From: an uncultured Campylobacterales bacterium
GTDB lineage: Bacteria > Campylobacterota > Campylobacteria > Campylobacterales > Sulfurimonadaceae
DNA length: 64,000 nucleotides
Direction: 5' to 3'
Assembly (NCBI GenBank): GCA_903892995.1
Contig: CAITKP010000063.1
Span: 68,719-132,718 of the forward strand
Part shown: in pieces, positions 1 through 9,388 of the stretch
Numbering within the stretch: the stretch's first letter is position 1
Layout: each line of letters starts with the position of its first letter
The notes under the pieces: generated by a model
What the model was told of the DNA's origin: nothing
Databases searched by the model: none
The model's input: only the letters and a program-made list of their open reading frames with translations
Program-made: the position numbers and the translations under genes

Positions 1-10
1 GGAGATTTTA

Positions 11-937
11 ATGAGGCAAAAACGCAAGGCTTTTACAATGATAGAGCTTATTTTTGTCATTGTAATCATTGGTATTCTTGCAAAGTTTGGAGTGGAATTC
101 CTTATTCAAGCATACAATGGATATATCTTTTCATCAGTGCAAAACAAACTCCAAACGCAAACAGAGATAGCTCTCGAGCAGATTGCAAATAGGCTGCAGT
201 ATAGAATAAAGCCTTCTATTATAGTGAGAGATAATGATAATTTTGCAAATTTTAGATCACTGGCTAATGCACAAAATAATGGTAAAGAGACTATCTTAGA
301 ATGGGTCGGTTACGATATTGATGGTTTGCGTGGAACAACCAAACCAACATGGAGTGGATTTATCGACCTTAAAAGTAGTACGGCTACTAGCCTTAACTCT
401 TTGGAAACAAATACAACGGATGCAAATGATACTATCAATGCTCTTTCAAATGGCGTAGCGGGCATAGCTCAAAGTGCGATCTTCTTTATCGGTGGGAATT
501 CAGATGTAAATGCCTTTGGATGGAATGCTACTGCAATATCTACAAATACTGGCGCTGTACACCCGCTTAAAAATACTGGTGCGACGATTCATGATATCGT
601 TCCAGATGCAAACCTAAGTGGAGTTGATGCCTACGAATACTACCAACTCGCATGGAGTGCATACGCGCTAGTTTGGAATGGCAGTAACGCTTCACATAAC
701 ACGCCTTATATAAGCTCTTTAGATAATAACGACAGCAATCTTTTCTCAAAAGTTCTTCCATCTCCGATTCAAAGAGGAACTGCAAATGGACAGTGGAGAG
801 AGGTGAATCCAACGACTTATATTGTTAAAATAGATAACACTGATATCACATTTACCTACAGTCCAACGAATGGCACCTTTGATTGTGTGAGAGACACATC
901 TGCTGCTGGGAAGATCTGCAAAAGGCTGACAAATTGA
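11..937 (+). CDS. Prepilin-type N-terminal cleavage/methylation-domain protein (type IV pilin / T2SS-competence pseudopilin-like, 308 aa)
   Basis: N-terminus MRQKRKAFTMIELIFVIVIIGILA has a short basic leader, then F-T-M-I-E (Glu at +5) and a hydrophobic helix. GGAG lies 6 nt upstream of the ATG. The rest is Asn/Thr/Ser-rich with no other recognisable domain. Confidence 0.7.
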   Translation: MRQKRKAFTMIELIFVIVIIGILAKFGVEFLIQAYNGYIFSSVQNKLQTQTEIALEQIANRLQYRIKPSIIVRDNDNFANFRSLANAQNNGKETILEWVGYDIDGLRGTTKPTWSGFIDLKSSTATSLNSLETNTTDANDTINALSNGVAGIAQSAIFFIGGNSDVNAFGWNATAISTNTGAVHPLKNTGATIHDIVPDANLSGVDAYEYYQLAWSAYALVWNGSNASHNTPYISSLDNNDSNLFSKVLPSPIQRGTANGQWREVNPTTYIVKIDNTDITFTYSPTNGTFDCVRDTSAAGKICKRLTN

Positions 938-1368
938 GAACTTTAAGAAAAAAAGCTTTGACAACAATAGAACTTATCTTTGTTATTGTCATTATTGGTG
1001 TTTTGGCAACTGTTGCAATACCAAAATTTATGGCAACTCAGGGGCAAGCAAGTGAAGCGGAGATAAAACAGCAGATCCAAACTATACGAAACTCTATCCA
1101 ATCAGAAAGAATGGAGCGTATTCAAGCAGATACAAACCACACGATGCAAAACAATAATAATGATGGAAATCTTACCCTTTACTATAACTACCGTCCATGG
1201 GAAGGGCAAAAATATACAGATGGCAATAGCTCACTCATCATGCAAGATGTTGATACTTTCCAGTATAAAGCAGTCGGTGATCTTATAAAAGTACAACTTT
1301 GTGTTAAAGATGGCAATATCTCAAGTGATGGAGGGTATTCTGTATGCAAAGAAAAAACAATTTTTTAA
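934..1368 (+). CDS. Prepilin-type N-terminal cleavage/methylation-domain protein (pseudopilin 2)
   Basis: LRTLRKKALTTIELIFVIVIIGVLATVAIPKF is a pilin-type signal with Glu+5. I place the start at TTG 934, which overlaps the upstream TGA stop (TTGA), rather than at ATG 883 of the ORF track, which lies inside the previous gene. Confidence 0.6.
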   Translation: MRTLRKKALTTIELIFVIVIIGVLATVAIPKFMATQGQASEAEIKQQIQTIRNSIQSERMERIQADTNHTMQNNNNDGNLTLYYNYRPWEGQKYTDGNSSLIMQDVDTFQYKAVGDLIKVQLCVKDGNISSDGGYSVCKEKTIF

Positions 1369-1847
1369 GCCCTTTCAAAAAGAGGGGATTTGCGATGATT
1401 ATGGCGATTATTCTTATTGTAGTCCTCTCGACCATTATGGCATATACTCTGACTTTGACAACACAAACTACCAAGCAGACAGGTGACCTTTATTTGCGCG
1501 AGCAAGCAGTTTTACTCGCTCAAAGTGCAGCTGAATATACCCTACTTGCTATTTCAGGATACAACAGAGGAACAAATGGCAACACAACTTGTCTAGGCGT
1601 GGTCAATGCATACTATCCAAATAATACAAATCCAATTTTTGATATTAATGTAACGATTGGCTATATTGGACTTGATTGCAAAAACTTTGATATTAATCAT
1701 CCAGAAAATGGTTATAACTACATCTCTGCCATCACAACCCCAGAATCAAACGGAACAGTTTTACTTGATATAGCAGTGGCAACTCATGATGGAAACATAT
1801 CTACAGAACCCATTCGCTATTTTAGACGCACGATTCAAAAATTATAA
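1344..1847 (+). CDS. Pseudopilin-like minor pilin (PilX/GspK-like N-terminus, lacks Glu+5)
   Basis: KKRGFAMIMAIILIVVLSTIMAYTL has Gly-Phe followed by a hydrophobic helix. It overlaps the previous pilin-like gene in the same operon. The assignment rests on the N-terminus only. Confidence 0.45.
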   Translation: MQRKNNFLSPFKKRGFAMIMAIILIVVLSTIMAYTLTLTTQTTKQTGDLYLREQAVLLAQSAAEYTLLAISGYNRGTNGNTTCLGVVNAYYPNNTNPIFDINVTIGYIGLDCKNFDINHPENGYNYISAITTPESNGTVLLDIAVATHDGNISTEPIRYFRRTIQKL

Positions 1848-1863
1848 TCAATTAAACTTTTAG

Positions 1864-1872
1864 TGATATAAT
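1864..1872 (+). promoter_or_regulatory. Candidate extended -10 (TGATATAAT) for hpf
   Basis: TGnTATAAT lies 28 nt upstream of ATG 1900, with an AAAGGA RBS at 1888-1893. This is a sequence match only. Confidence 0.35.
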
Positions 1873-1899
1873 CTAGTATTCTCAATTAAAGGATTTACT

Positions 1900-2442
1900 A
1901 TGAATATATCACTTGTAGGGCGTCATGTAGAACTTACAGAGCCAATCAAACAACACTTAAACAGCTCAATAGAAACACTTAAAAAATTTCACTTAGATAT
2001 TATCTCTGTCACCGCCGTGGCATCAGCGAATGAGCGCAAAGGTAAAATGGGAGTAAGCGTAGAGTTTACAATCAATCTTGCTTCAAAAAACTCTGTCGTT
2101 ATCAAACAAAACGAAACTGATCTTTATGCAGCTATAGATATCGCAATAGATCGCGCGCAAAAAGCACTCCGCCGTATGCATGATCGTGATGTTGATCACC
2201 ATAAAGTGGGCATCAATGAGATCAAAGCCCAAGCAAATGGACATATTGACATCCATGAAGAAGCGCAAAAAGAGGAGGATGAGATCGTTCCTGTTGAACT
2301 TGAACTCTACAAACCTCGTGAAGTTGCAGATGTTTTAGAAGACCTCAAAGAGAGCGGAAAAATGTTCTCTATATTTTTAGACCATGAGGGAAAAACACGC
2401 GTTCTTTATAAAAGAAACGACGGACGTTTTGGACTTTATTAA
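1900..2442 (+). CDS. hpf: Ribosome hibernation-promoting factor, long form (HPF/RaiA family)
   Basis: MNISLVGRHVELTEPIKQHL... is a typical S30AE/HPF N-domain. The 180-aa length includes the C-terminal dimerisation extension. Confidence 0.85.
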   Translation: MNISLVGRHVELTEPIKQHLNSSIETLKKFHLDIISVTAVASANERKGKMGVSVEFTINLASKNSVVIKQNETDLYAAIDIAIDRAQKALRRMHDRDVDHHKVGINEIKAQANGHIDIHEEAQKEEDEIVPVELELYKPREVADVLEDLKESGKMFSIFLDHEGKTRVLYKRNDGRFGLY

Positions 2443-2454
2443 TCTTTTTACACC

Positions 2455-2488
2455 CCTTACATGTAAAGGCTCTTCCTTACATGTAAGG
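2455..2488. terminator. Tandem pair of the CTTACATGTAAG palindrome forming a bidirectional hairpin between convergent hpf and recG
   Basis: CCTTACATGTAAAGG-ctctt-CCTTACATGTAAGG. Because the unit is palindromic, the two copies are mutually complementary (stem of about 13 bp, short loop). A T-rich tract (ctttcttattc) follows. Confidence 0.6.
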
Positions 2489-2503
2489 CTTTCTTATTCA
2501 AAT

Positions 2504-4309
2504 CTAAATCCCCAAATCTCTCTTAACTTCTTGGACAATCTCTATATCTTCACTCAGATCGACCCATTTATATTCGCTTCCACTTTGATTGATCCCTTTT
2601 AAAAGATCACCGCTTTTACGAAATTTTAGATCAAGTTCTGCGATATCAAATCCACTTTTTGTTTTACAAAACTGATCTAATCGCTCTGATTTTTCTTGAT
2701 AGGTAAAAAGATGGCAATACCCTTTGAGTCCCGTTCTACTAACGCGTCCGCGAAGCTGATGCAGTGTTGAGAGACCGAGTCTCTCTGCTCCGACGATAAT
2801 GACACTTGAGAGTTTTGGCAAGGAGATACCAACCTCTACCACTGTTGTTGCGATGAGAATATCTCCCTTATCTCGAAAATCAAGTAGAACTTTCTCTTTT
2901 TCTTTATCTTTTCCATGCGTGACATAGACATTATCAAAGCGCTTTTCCCAAAAAGCTCTTGCCTCAGAGATGCTTTGATACAAAAATGCCTCACTCTCTT
3001 CAACAAGTGGATAGACTAAAAGCACTTGATGATCTTGTTTTATCTCATCTTTAATATGCTCTAGCAAAGAGGAAAAATCTTCTTTATGTATCACTTTTGT
3101 CGTGATATCTTTTATAAATGGAGTTGAAGTGATGAGACTCACATCGATGTGTGCTGTTTGTATCATCGCTTGAGTACGAGGAATGGGCGTTGCGCTAAAT
3201 TGTAAAAAATGCGCTCTTGTGTCGCTACTGCTTACAAGTTTGTCGAGCATATTTCTCTGTGCAGTTCCAAAACGGTGCTGTTCATCTATCATCACAAGTG
3301 TAACATCTGGAAGTTCTCTATATAAAAGTGCATGTGTACCGATGATAAAATCATACGCTTGTAAATCGATTTTTGCTGTTTTGTTTGTTACTAAAGCAGT
3401 TTTAACCGAGGGCAAATATTTTAAAGCCTCTTCATAAAGCTGATTTGCCAAAAGGGTTGTTGGTGCCATTAAAACAGCTCTATGTGGTCGAGCCATCATC
3501 ACAGAAGCGAGTATCACCATAGTCTTACCGCTGCCTACATCTCCAACAACAAGGCGTTTTGTTGCTCTCTCTTTGGCAAAATCGCTTTGTATATCCTTTA
3601 TCGCTGCTAGCTGTTCATTTGTCAGAGTAAAGGGCAAAGATTTACTCCATTCTTCATAAGTATTTGTAAGTTTTTCTTTGCATGGAAAATATCTTCTTTT
3701 TTGTGAGAGTTGGCGCATATTGTTATAGAGTTCTAGATATTTAAAGGTTTCAAGATACTGAGGCAAAAAACTTGTTTTAGGCTTGATAGCAATAGTTTCT
3801 TTTGGAAAATGAACTTCAAGAATCTTTTTGATGATCTTTTCATTTAATCCCTCTGATGCCAAGTTTTCATGTGTCAGATGTTTTTGCATCAAACGGCTCA
3901 TGGTGTCATTGCGAAGGGGAGTTTTATATTTTGGAGTGACACCTGCGATATTTGTCACTTTTTTTGGCTGAGAGATTGTGCAGTGTCCTCCACTGCAGTT
4001 GATCACTCCATAAAGATAGTATCTCTCACCAACAAGAAACTGCCGTTGCATATAGGGTTTTGGTTTAAAAAAAACAGCTTCAAGCGAATGAGAAAAGTTG
4101 TGTGAATAAAGATTTATTTTGATAGAAGAGGGCGTGCGCACTACTGAGTTTACTGTGACATCTACAAGCTGTGCAACGCCTACATGTAAGGTTCCATCCA
4201 AGAGAAGATTTTCATAATCATAGGGAATTAAAAGAGCTAAATCAAGATAAGAATTTACACCCAATCTTTTAAATCTAGCTTGATCCTCTTTTTCAAGTTG
4301 CATCATCAC
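2504..4309 (-). CDS. recG: ATP-dependent DNA helicase RecG
   Basis: 601 aa with Walker A GDVGSGKT, DEQH box (MIDEQHRFG), the helicase C-domain motif QLRGRVSR and a wedge-type N-domain. Confidence 0.9.
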   Translation of the reverse strand: MMMQLEKEDQARFKRLGVNSYLDLALLIPYDYENLLLDGTLHVGVAQLVDVTVNSVVRTPSSIKINLYSHNFSHSLEAVFFKPKPYMQRQFLVGERYYLYGVINCSGGHCTISQPKKVTNIAGVTPKYKTPLRNDTMSRLMQKHLTHENLASEGLNEKIIKKILEVHFPKETIAIKPKTSFLPQYLETFKYLELYNNMRQLSQKRRYFPCKEKLTNTYEEWSKSLPFTLTNEQLAAIKDIQSDFAKERATKRLVVGDVGSGKTMVILASVMMARPHRAVLMAPTTLLANQLYEEALKYLPSVKTALVTNKTAKIDLQAYDFIIGTHALLYRELPDVTLVMIDEQHRFGTAQRNMLDKLVSSSDTRAHFLQFSATPIPRTQAMIQTAHIDVSLITSTPFIKDITTKVIHKEDFSSLLEHIKDEIKQDHQVLLVYPLVEESEAFLYQSISEARAFWEKRFDNVYVTHGKDKEKEKVLLDFRDKGDILIATTVVEVGISLPKLSSVIIVGAERLGLSTLHQLRGRVSRTGLKGYCHLFTYQEKSERLDQFCKTKSGFDIAELDLKFRKSGDLLKGINQSGSEYKWVDLSEDIEIVQEVKRDLGI

Positions 4310-4373
4310 TCCTTCATCTCACAATGCTACTATGCGTTTGGAGAGATGAAGAGTTTTATTGCAAAATGCAATA

Positions 4374-5657
4374 TTATTTTGTAACGACCGCATAAGAAAG
4401 AGAGAGAATCTCTTTATGTTTTTTAATGTAGGTGTTAAGATCAGAGAGTTTTAGATTTTTTATAAGTTCAAGCTCTTTTTGAGAAGACCCAAGCTCTTCA
4501 CCTTTATAAAACTCCATAAATGTACGAGAAAGACGTTGTGAAAGAGTCTCTACACGAAGTGGCTCACTTCCTAATAGAAATTTTTTCGTTTGATCAAGCT
4601 CATCTTGAGTGACACCTTTGTGAACAAACTGCTCAAAAACAGTTTTTACAGTGCCTTTTGCATCATCCAAAGATTCTAGTTTTGTTTGCAGATATCCGCT
4701 CATGTAGGAGCTTGATTTGCCGATAGAAACTCTTGCATAAGCAGAGTAAGCAAGACCTTTTTTGACACGAACCTCTTCCATAAGTCTGCTTCCAAAACCA
4801 CCAGTTCCGAGGATATAAGTCGCAACTCTTGCTTTGTAGTTTTCTTTATCGTTTACATGTAAGTGATATGGCGATCCAAAATATAAGTACGCTTGTTGTG
4901 TTTCTCGTTTGATAATCTTTTCTTTTTTCAAAGCTGATGCTTCATAGTTTTTTATTGAAGCGCTCTTACCGATCTCTAGATTCAAAGCGAGCTCAACTGC
5001 TTTTTTCTTTGCTTCATCAAGGCTCAAATCCCCACCCATTACAATGATAAGATTTGAAAGAACAAGGTGCTGTTTTAAAAACTCTTCAACCTCTTTGAGT
5101 TTGATCTTTTTGACGCTCTCAACCGTTCCTAGATCTGGCAAAGCCAAAGGTGTGCCCTCAAACAACAAAGATTTCAAGTTGTTATCTGCCACATAATCAA
5201 AATCATTTTCTTTAGCGCTGAGTGTCCCGATAAGATCTGTTTTGACTTTATCGAGAGCTTTTTTTGTAATATTTGGTTCTTTTAAAAGTGAAGAAAAAAG
5301 TTTTGAACCCTCTTCAAACTGATCTTTTAAAGAGCCATACTCGATAACAAAAGTCTCAGTCCCAACTGAAGAGCTCAGTTGAATCGCTTTAGAATCTAGT
5401 GCCGTTGCAAAAGAGTTACTTCCAAGTGAGAGCGTTCCCTCGTTCATCATTTTTGAACTTAATTTTGCAAGACCTGCTGATTTTGGAGTATCGGTAATCG
5501 TTCCAGTACCTTTAAATACAAGTTGCATAGAAACGATAGGTAGTCGCTTTTCTTGTTCAAAAATAAGTGGGATTTTAACACCCTTAACCTCAATATAGTT
5601 CACTGTTGCTGCCATCATCACTTGTCCTAAAAAAAATAAAATCAATAAGTATTTCAT
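4374..5657 (-). CDS. M16 (pitrilysin/insulinase) family protein, apparently non-catalytic, secreted
   Basis: 427 aa with an N-terminal signal sequence and M16-like two-domain length and pattern. The position of the HxxEH zinc motif reads GLAKLSSKMMNEGT, with no His-x-x-Glu-His. Confidence 0.6.
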   Translation of the reverse strand: MKYLLILFFLGQVMMAATVNYIEVKGVKIPLIFEQEKRLPIVSMQLVFKGTGTITDTPKSAGLAKLSSKMMNEGTLSLGSNSFATALDSKAIQLSSSVGTETFVIEYGSLKDQFEEGSKLFSSLLKEPNITKKALDKVKTDLIGTLSAKENDFDYVADNNLKSLLFEGTPLALPDLGTVESVKKIKLKEVEEFLKQHLVLSNLIIVMGGDLSLDEAKKKAVELALNLEIGKSASIKNYEASALKKEKIIKRETQQAYLYFGSPYHLHVNDKENYKARVATYILGTGGFGSRLMEEVRVKKGLAYSAYARVSIGKSSSYMSGYLQTKLESLDDAKGTVKTVFEQFVHKGVTQDELDQTKKFLLGSEPLRVETLSQRLSRTFMEFYKGEELGSSQKELELIKNLKLSDLNTYIKKHKEILSLSYAVVTK

Positions 5658-6709
5658 TATGCAAAAATCTCCAATGTTTCATACGCAGTATTTCTAACCG
5701 CTGGAGTCTCGCCGATATCGCGGATCAGATTTATCATCTCATCTTTTGCCATTCTAAAGCCAGCACCCGCACTTTTGACGACATTCTCTTCCATCATCGT
5801 TGAGCCTAGATCATTCGCACCGAAGTTAAGTGCCATCTGACCGATATAAGGGCCTTGTGTAACCCATGAACTTTGGATATTTGGCACATTGTCCAAAAAG
5901 AGTCGTGCAACCGCCAAAAGACGCAGATAACGGTTTGGTGTTTGTTTTTCCATATCTGGAATCAAGCGTAAAAGTTCTGTGTTTTGCCCTTGAAAGCTCC
6001 ACATAATAAACGCACGAAAACCGCCCGTTTCATCTTGAAGATTTCGTACCATTTCGAAGTGATCTAAAATCTCTTCATCACTCTCAACGGTTCCATACAT
6101 CATCGTCGCTGTTGATTTGATACCGAGTTTATGCGCTTTTCTATGGATATCTACCCAAACTTCTGAGTCTATCTTTTTTGGTGCGATGATATCACGAACA
6201 CGGTCACTTAGTATCTCTGCTCCAGCTCCTGGAATGGAAGCTAGACCCTTTACATGTAAGCGCTCTAAAACCTCTTCAACACTGATACGAGAGACTTTAG
6301 CGATAAAATCGATCTCTATTGAAGAAAATCCATGGATAGTTATGGTTGGATATTTTGTGTGGATATGCTCGACTAAATCTTCATACCACTCGATCTTTAG
6401 TTTTGGATGCACTCCACCTTGAAAAAGTATCTGCGTTCCGCCGATGGAGAGAAGCTCATCGATCTTCGCATCTATCTCATCAAAGGTAAGCACATACGCA
6501 TCTTCATCTTTTTCATGGCGATAAAATGCGCAAAACTTACAATCAACCCAGCAGATATTTGTATAGTTGATATTTCTATCGATTACAAAGGTTGTGATGC
6601 CATCAGGATGCAGCTCTTTTTTACGAGCGGTAGCCATACGGCCAAGCTCTTTTAAATCGGCTTCGCGAATGAGTTTGAGTGCTTCCTCTTTTGTCAGTCT
6701 TTTAAACAT
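5657..6709 (-). CDS. Radical-SAM menaquinone (futalosine pathway) enzyme, MqnC/MqnE family
   Basis: DRNINYTNICWVDCKFCAFY carries the CxxxCxxC radical-SAM motif in the CofH/MqnC/MqnE context. The 350-aa length fits. I cannot separate MqnC from MqnE by eye. Confidence 0.75.
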   Translation of the reverse strand: MFKRLTKEEALKLIREADLKELGRMATARKKELHPDGITTFVIDRNINYTNICWVDCKFCAFYRHEKDEDAYVLTFDEIDAKIDELLSIGGTQILFQGGVHPKLKIEWYEDLVEHIHTKYPTITIHGFSSIEIDFIAKVSRISVEEVLERLHVKGLASIPGAGAEILSDRVRDIIAPKKIDSEVWVDIHRKAHKLGIKSTATMMYGTVESDEEILDHFEMVRNLQDETGGFRAFIMWSFQGQNTELLRLIPDMEKQTPNRYLRLLAVARLFLDNVPNIQSSWVTQGPYIGQMALNFGANDLGSTMMEENVVKSAGAGFRMAKDEMINLIRDIGETPAVRNTAYETLEIFA

Positions 6710-6711
6710 TT

Positions 6712-7116
6712 TTAAGCGTCTTTATCTTTTGAAATAGAGTCTAAAACACCATTGATAAATTTTGGAGACTGTTCTGTTGCAAACGCTTTAGCGACCTCAA
6801 TCGCTTCATTGATAACAACTGCAGAATCAAGTTCGCTAAATAAAATCTCATACGCACCCAGACGAAGTGTCGCACGCTCAACTGAACCTAGACGTTCAAA
6901 ATCCCAGTCTTTTAAATGCTTTACAATCGCTGCATCCACACGAGGAAGATTTTCCATAACACCATCAAAAAGTGTGATAGCAAAATCTCTTTGCTTGTTA
7001 CGAATCTTTTTCTCTTCTAAAATCTCATCGCTGTACTCGGCAATATTTCCATTTCCAAGATCAAAGGCATACAATAAACTTACAACCGCCATACGGGCTT
7101 GGTGACGTGTTGCCAT
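6712..7116 (-). CDS. nusB: Transcription antitermination factor NusB
   Basis: [21 protein letters not shown]..., 134 aa, directly downstream of ribH as in many bacteria. Confidence 0.9.
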   Translation of the reverse strand: MATRHQARMAVVSLLYAFDLGNGNIAEYSDEILEEKKIRNKQRDFAITLFDGVMENLPRVDAAIVKHLKDWDFERLGSVERATLRLGAYEILFSELDSAVVINEAIEVAKAFATEQSPKFINGVLDSISKDKDA

Positions 7117-7583
7117 TAGTTTATACTCTCATAAAGATCTAGCATCTCTATCACGGTTGTCATCGCTTCAAACCCTTTATTTCCTGCTTTTGTTCCAGCT
7201 CTCTCGATTGCTTGCTCAATTGTATCTGTTGTTAAAAGTCCAAAAGAGACAGGTTTTTGGTATTTTAAACTCATTGTTGCTATCCCTTTTGTCGCCTCAG
7301 CCGCTACATAATCAAAATGTGGAGTTGAACCACGGATCACTGCACCAAGCGCACAAATAGCGTCATATTTTCCGCTTGCAAGTAATTTGTCAACTACCAT
7401 TGGAAGCTCAAAAGCGCCTGGAAGAAGTACATGTGTTAAATCTGCCTCATCTCCACCATGACGAGAAAATGCATCTTTTGCACCCTCAACGAGTCTATCT
7501 ACTATAAAGTGGTTCCATCTTGTACTTACGATTGCGATTTTTTGACCATTTTTAACTTTTAGTTTACCTTCTACTAAATTCAT
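7116..7583 (-). CDS. ribH: 6,7-dimethyl-8-ribityllumazine synthase
   Basis: 155 aa. [20 protein letters not shown]...PGAFELP...[14 protein letters not shown] is the typical RibH signature. Its stop overlaps the nusB start. Confidence 0.9.
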   Translation of the reverse strand: MNLVEGKLKVKNGQKIAIVSTRWNHFIVDRLVEGAKDAFSRHGGDEADLTHVLLPGAFELPMVVDKLLASGKYDAICALGAVIRGSTPHFDYVAAEATKGIATMSLKYQKPVSFGLLTTDTIEQAIERAGTKAGNKGFEAMTTVIEMLDLYESIN

Positions 7584-7592
7584 CTTTTCTCC

Positions 7593-8384
7593 TTATATTG
7601 CTTGAATTTTTTTAATTTTTGCGACGAGTGTTTGCAACTCATCAAGTTTTATCATATTTGGTCCATCACTCAGTGCGATACTTGGATCAAAATGGGTTTC
7701 AAAGAAGAACCCATCGACTCCAACAGCCGCCGCCGCACTTGAGAGATAGGGTACCATCGAACTGTCACCGCCTGTTTTGCCGCCAAGTGCACCGGGAGCT
7801 TGCACAGAGTGTGTCGCATCAAAAATGGTCGGTGCGAACTCTCTCATGATGACAAGACTTCTCATATCCACGACGATGTTGCCATATCCAAAAGAGCTTC
7901 CTCTCTCACACAAATACACGCCATGCTTTTTAGAATTTTCATAACTTACTTCATCGCATCCACGAGTTTTGAGCACTTTTGCGACGGAGTATTTCATATC
8001 GGGCGGATTGATAAACTGCCCTTTTTTGATGTTTACCTCTTTAGTCGTTTGTGCACACGCTACAAGCAGGTCTGTTTGACGGCATAAAAAAGCAGGAATT
8101 TGGAGCATATCAACCACTTGGGCCACTGCGGGAACTTGATGTGATTCATGCACATCTGTGACCACTTTATAGCCAAAATCGTTTTTGACCTTTTCTAAAA
8201 TACGAAGTCCCTCATCCATCCCAAGACCGCGAAAACTCTCTAATGAGGTGCGATTTGCTTTGTCAAAACTGGATTTAAAATAAAAATCGATAGTCGAGTC
8301 GTTTTGATAAACCTCTAATGCTTTTGCAATTTTAAAGATATTTTCTTCACTCTCGATAACACAAGGGCCAGCTAATAATTTCAT
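7593..8384 (-). CDS. kdsA: 3-deoxy-8-phosphooctulonate (KDO-8-P) synthase
   Basis: 263 aa with [21 protein letters not shown]..., [11 protein letters not shown] and FDATHSVQ motifs. Confidence 0.9.
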   Translation of the reverse strand: MKLLAGPCVIESEENIFKIAKALEVYQNDSTIDFYFKSSFDKANRTSLESFRGLGMDEGLRILEKVKNDFGYKVVTDVHESHQVPAVAQVVDMLQIPAFLCRQTDLLVACAQTTKEVNIKKGQFINPPDMKYSVAKVLKTRGCDEVSYENSKKHGVYLCERGSSFGYGNIVVDMRSLVIMREFAPTIFDATHSVQAPGALGGKTGGDSSMVPYLSSAAAAVGVDGFFFETHFDPSIALSDGPNMIKLDELQTLVAKIKKIQAI

Positions 8385-8425
8385 CTGTTTGCCTTATAAA
8401 AAAGTAGGAGATTATAGCATAATGA

Positions 8426-8437
8426 CTTACATGTAAG
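8426..8437. repeat. Single CTTACATGTAAG palindrome in the EamA-kdsA spacer
   Basis: Exact 12-mer. On the minus strand it sits 9 bp upstream of a TATAAT (8411-8416) that precedes kdsA. Confidence 0.9.
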
Positions 8438-8442
8438 ATAAA

Positions 8443-9354
8443 TCATTTCTCTTTTGCCACCAAAATTCCAGCTGTAATAACCAAAATGATTCCCATTGTT
8501 GTAAGAAAACTAGGCAGTGAATCACCCAAAAAAAGCCCGATCAAAATTGAAAAAGGGATATTTGCATAACTCACAGCTCCGATGATTCCAGCTTTTGATG
8601 CTCCATAAGCTTTTGTCATAAACACCTGCGCTAAGGTTGCTAAAAGTCCCATAGCGAGAAGATAAATCCATACAACGCCATGTGGCATAACAAACTCACC
8701 TAACATAAAATCAAGCTCAGGAATGCTTACATGTAAGCTATTTGTGTAATAAGATATAAAGAGTAAAAGGAGTGGTCCAAATGTGCCGACACTCATAAAT
8801 GATAAAACAATCGCACGCGTATCATAATATTTTTTGAGTTCACGCACCGAGGTGTATGCAAGGGCAGCACCCACGCCGCTAAAGATTCCTAAAAGATCAT
8901 ATTTACTAAAAGAAAAACCGCTAGGTTGTGCGATAAAAACTATGCCAACAAAGCCCACAAAAACTGCGAGCCAACTTTTAAATGAGAGTTTTTCACTTAA
9001 AAATGCCCATGCAAAAAGTGCGGTAAATATAGGAGAAGTTTTAGAAAATGTCATCGCATCACCGAGTGAAATATGAGCGATATTATAAAAAAAAGCAAGC
9101 AGTGCGCTAAAACCCATAAAGCCACGAAAAAAAAGTAAAAAGGGTTTGCCGCCAACGCTTTTTAAAGGGGATTTTAAAACAGCAAAGCCGATGATAATCA
9201 CGCCAAAAACATTTCTAAAAAACACCACTTCAAGGGAGCTCATATACTCGCTTGAAAGCTTGGCAAATGCACCCATAACAGCAAATAAAAGGGAAGCAAA
9301 AAGCATATATTTTACGCCAGAATCAATCTTTATGTCTCGTTTCATGGAGCGCAT
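8443..9354 (-). CDS. EamA/DMT-family transporter
   Basis: 303 aa with about 10 predicted hydrophobic helices in two similar halves, typical of the EamA duplication. The start could also be ATG 9345. Confidence 0.75.
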   Translation of the reverse strand: MRSMKRDIKIDSGVKYMLFASLLFAVMGAFAKLSSEYMSSLEVVFFRNVFGVIIIGFAVLKSPLKSVGGKPFLLFFRGFMGFSALLAFFYNIAHISLGDAMTFSKTSPIFTALFAWAFLSEKLSFKSWLAVFVGFVGIVFIAQPSGFSFSKYDLLGIFSGVGAALAYTSVRELKKYYDTRAIVLSFMSVGTFGPLLLLFISYYTNSLHVSIPELDFMLGEFVMPHGVVWIYLLAMGLLATLAQVFMTKAYGASKAGIIGAVSYANIPFSILIGLFLGDSLPSFLTTMGIILVITAGILVAKEK

Positions 9355-9388
9355 TATAACTGTGTTAACTTCATTTGCCTATAATTGC

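Noticed and set aside
883-933. ATG 883 as the start of the second pilin-like gene.
   Set aside because: It would add 17 residues encoded inside the preceding gene ahead of the prepilin leader. TTG 934 overlaps the upstream stop and gives a normal short basic leader.
6752-7105. 117-aa plus-strand ORF.
   Set aside because: It is entirely antisense to the well-supported nusB gene, and its product has no recognisable features.
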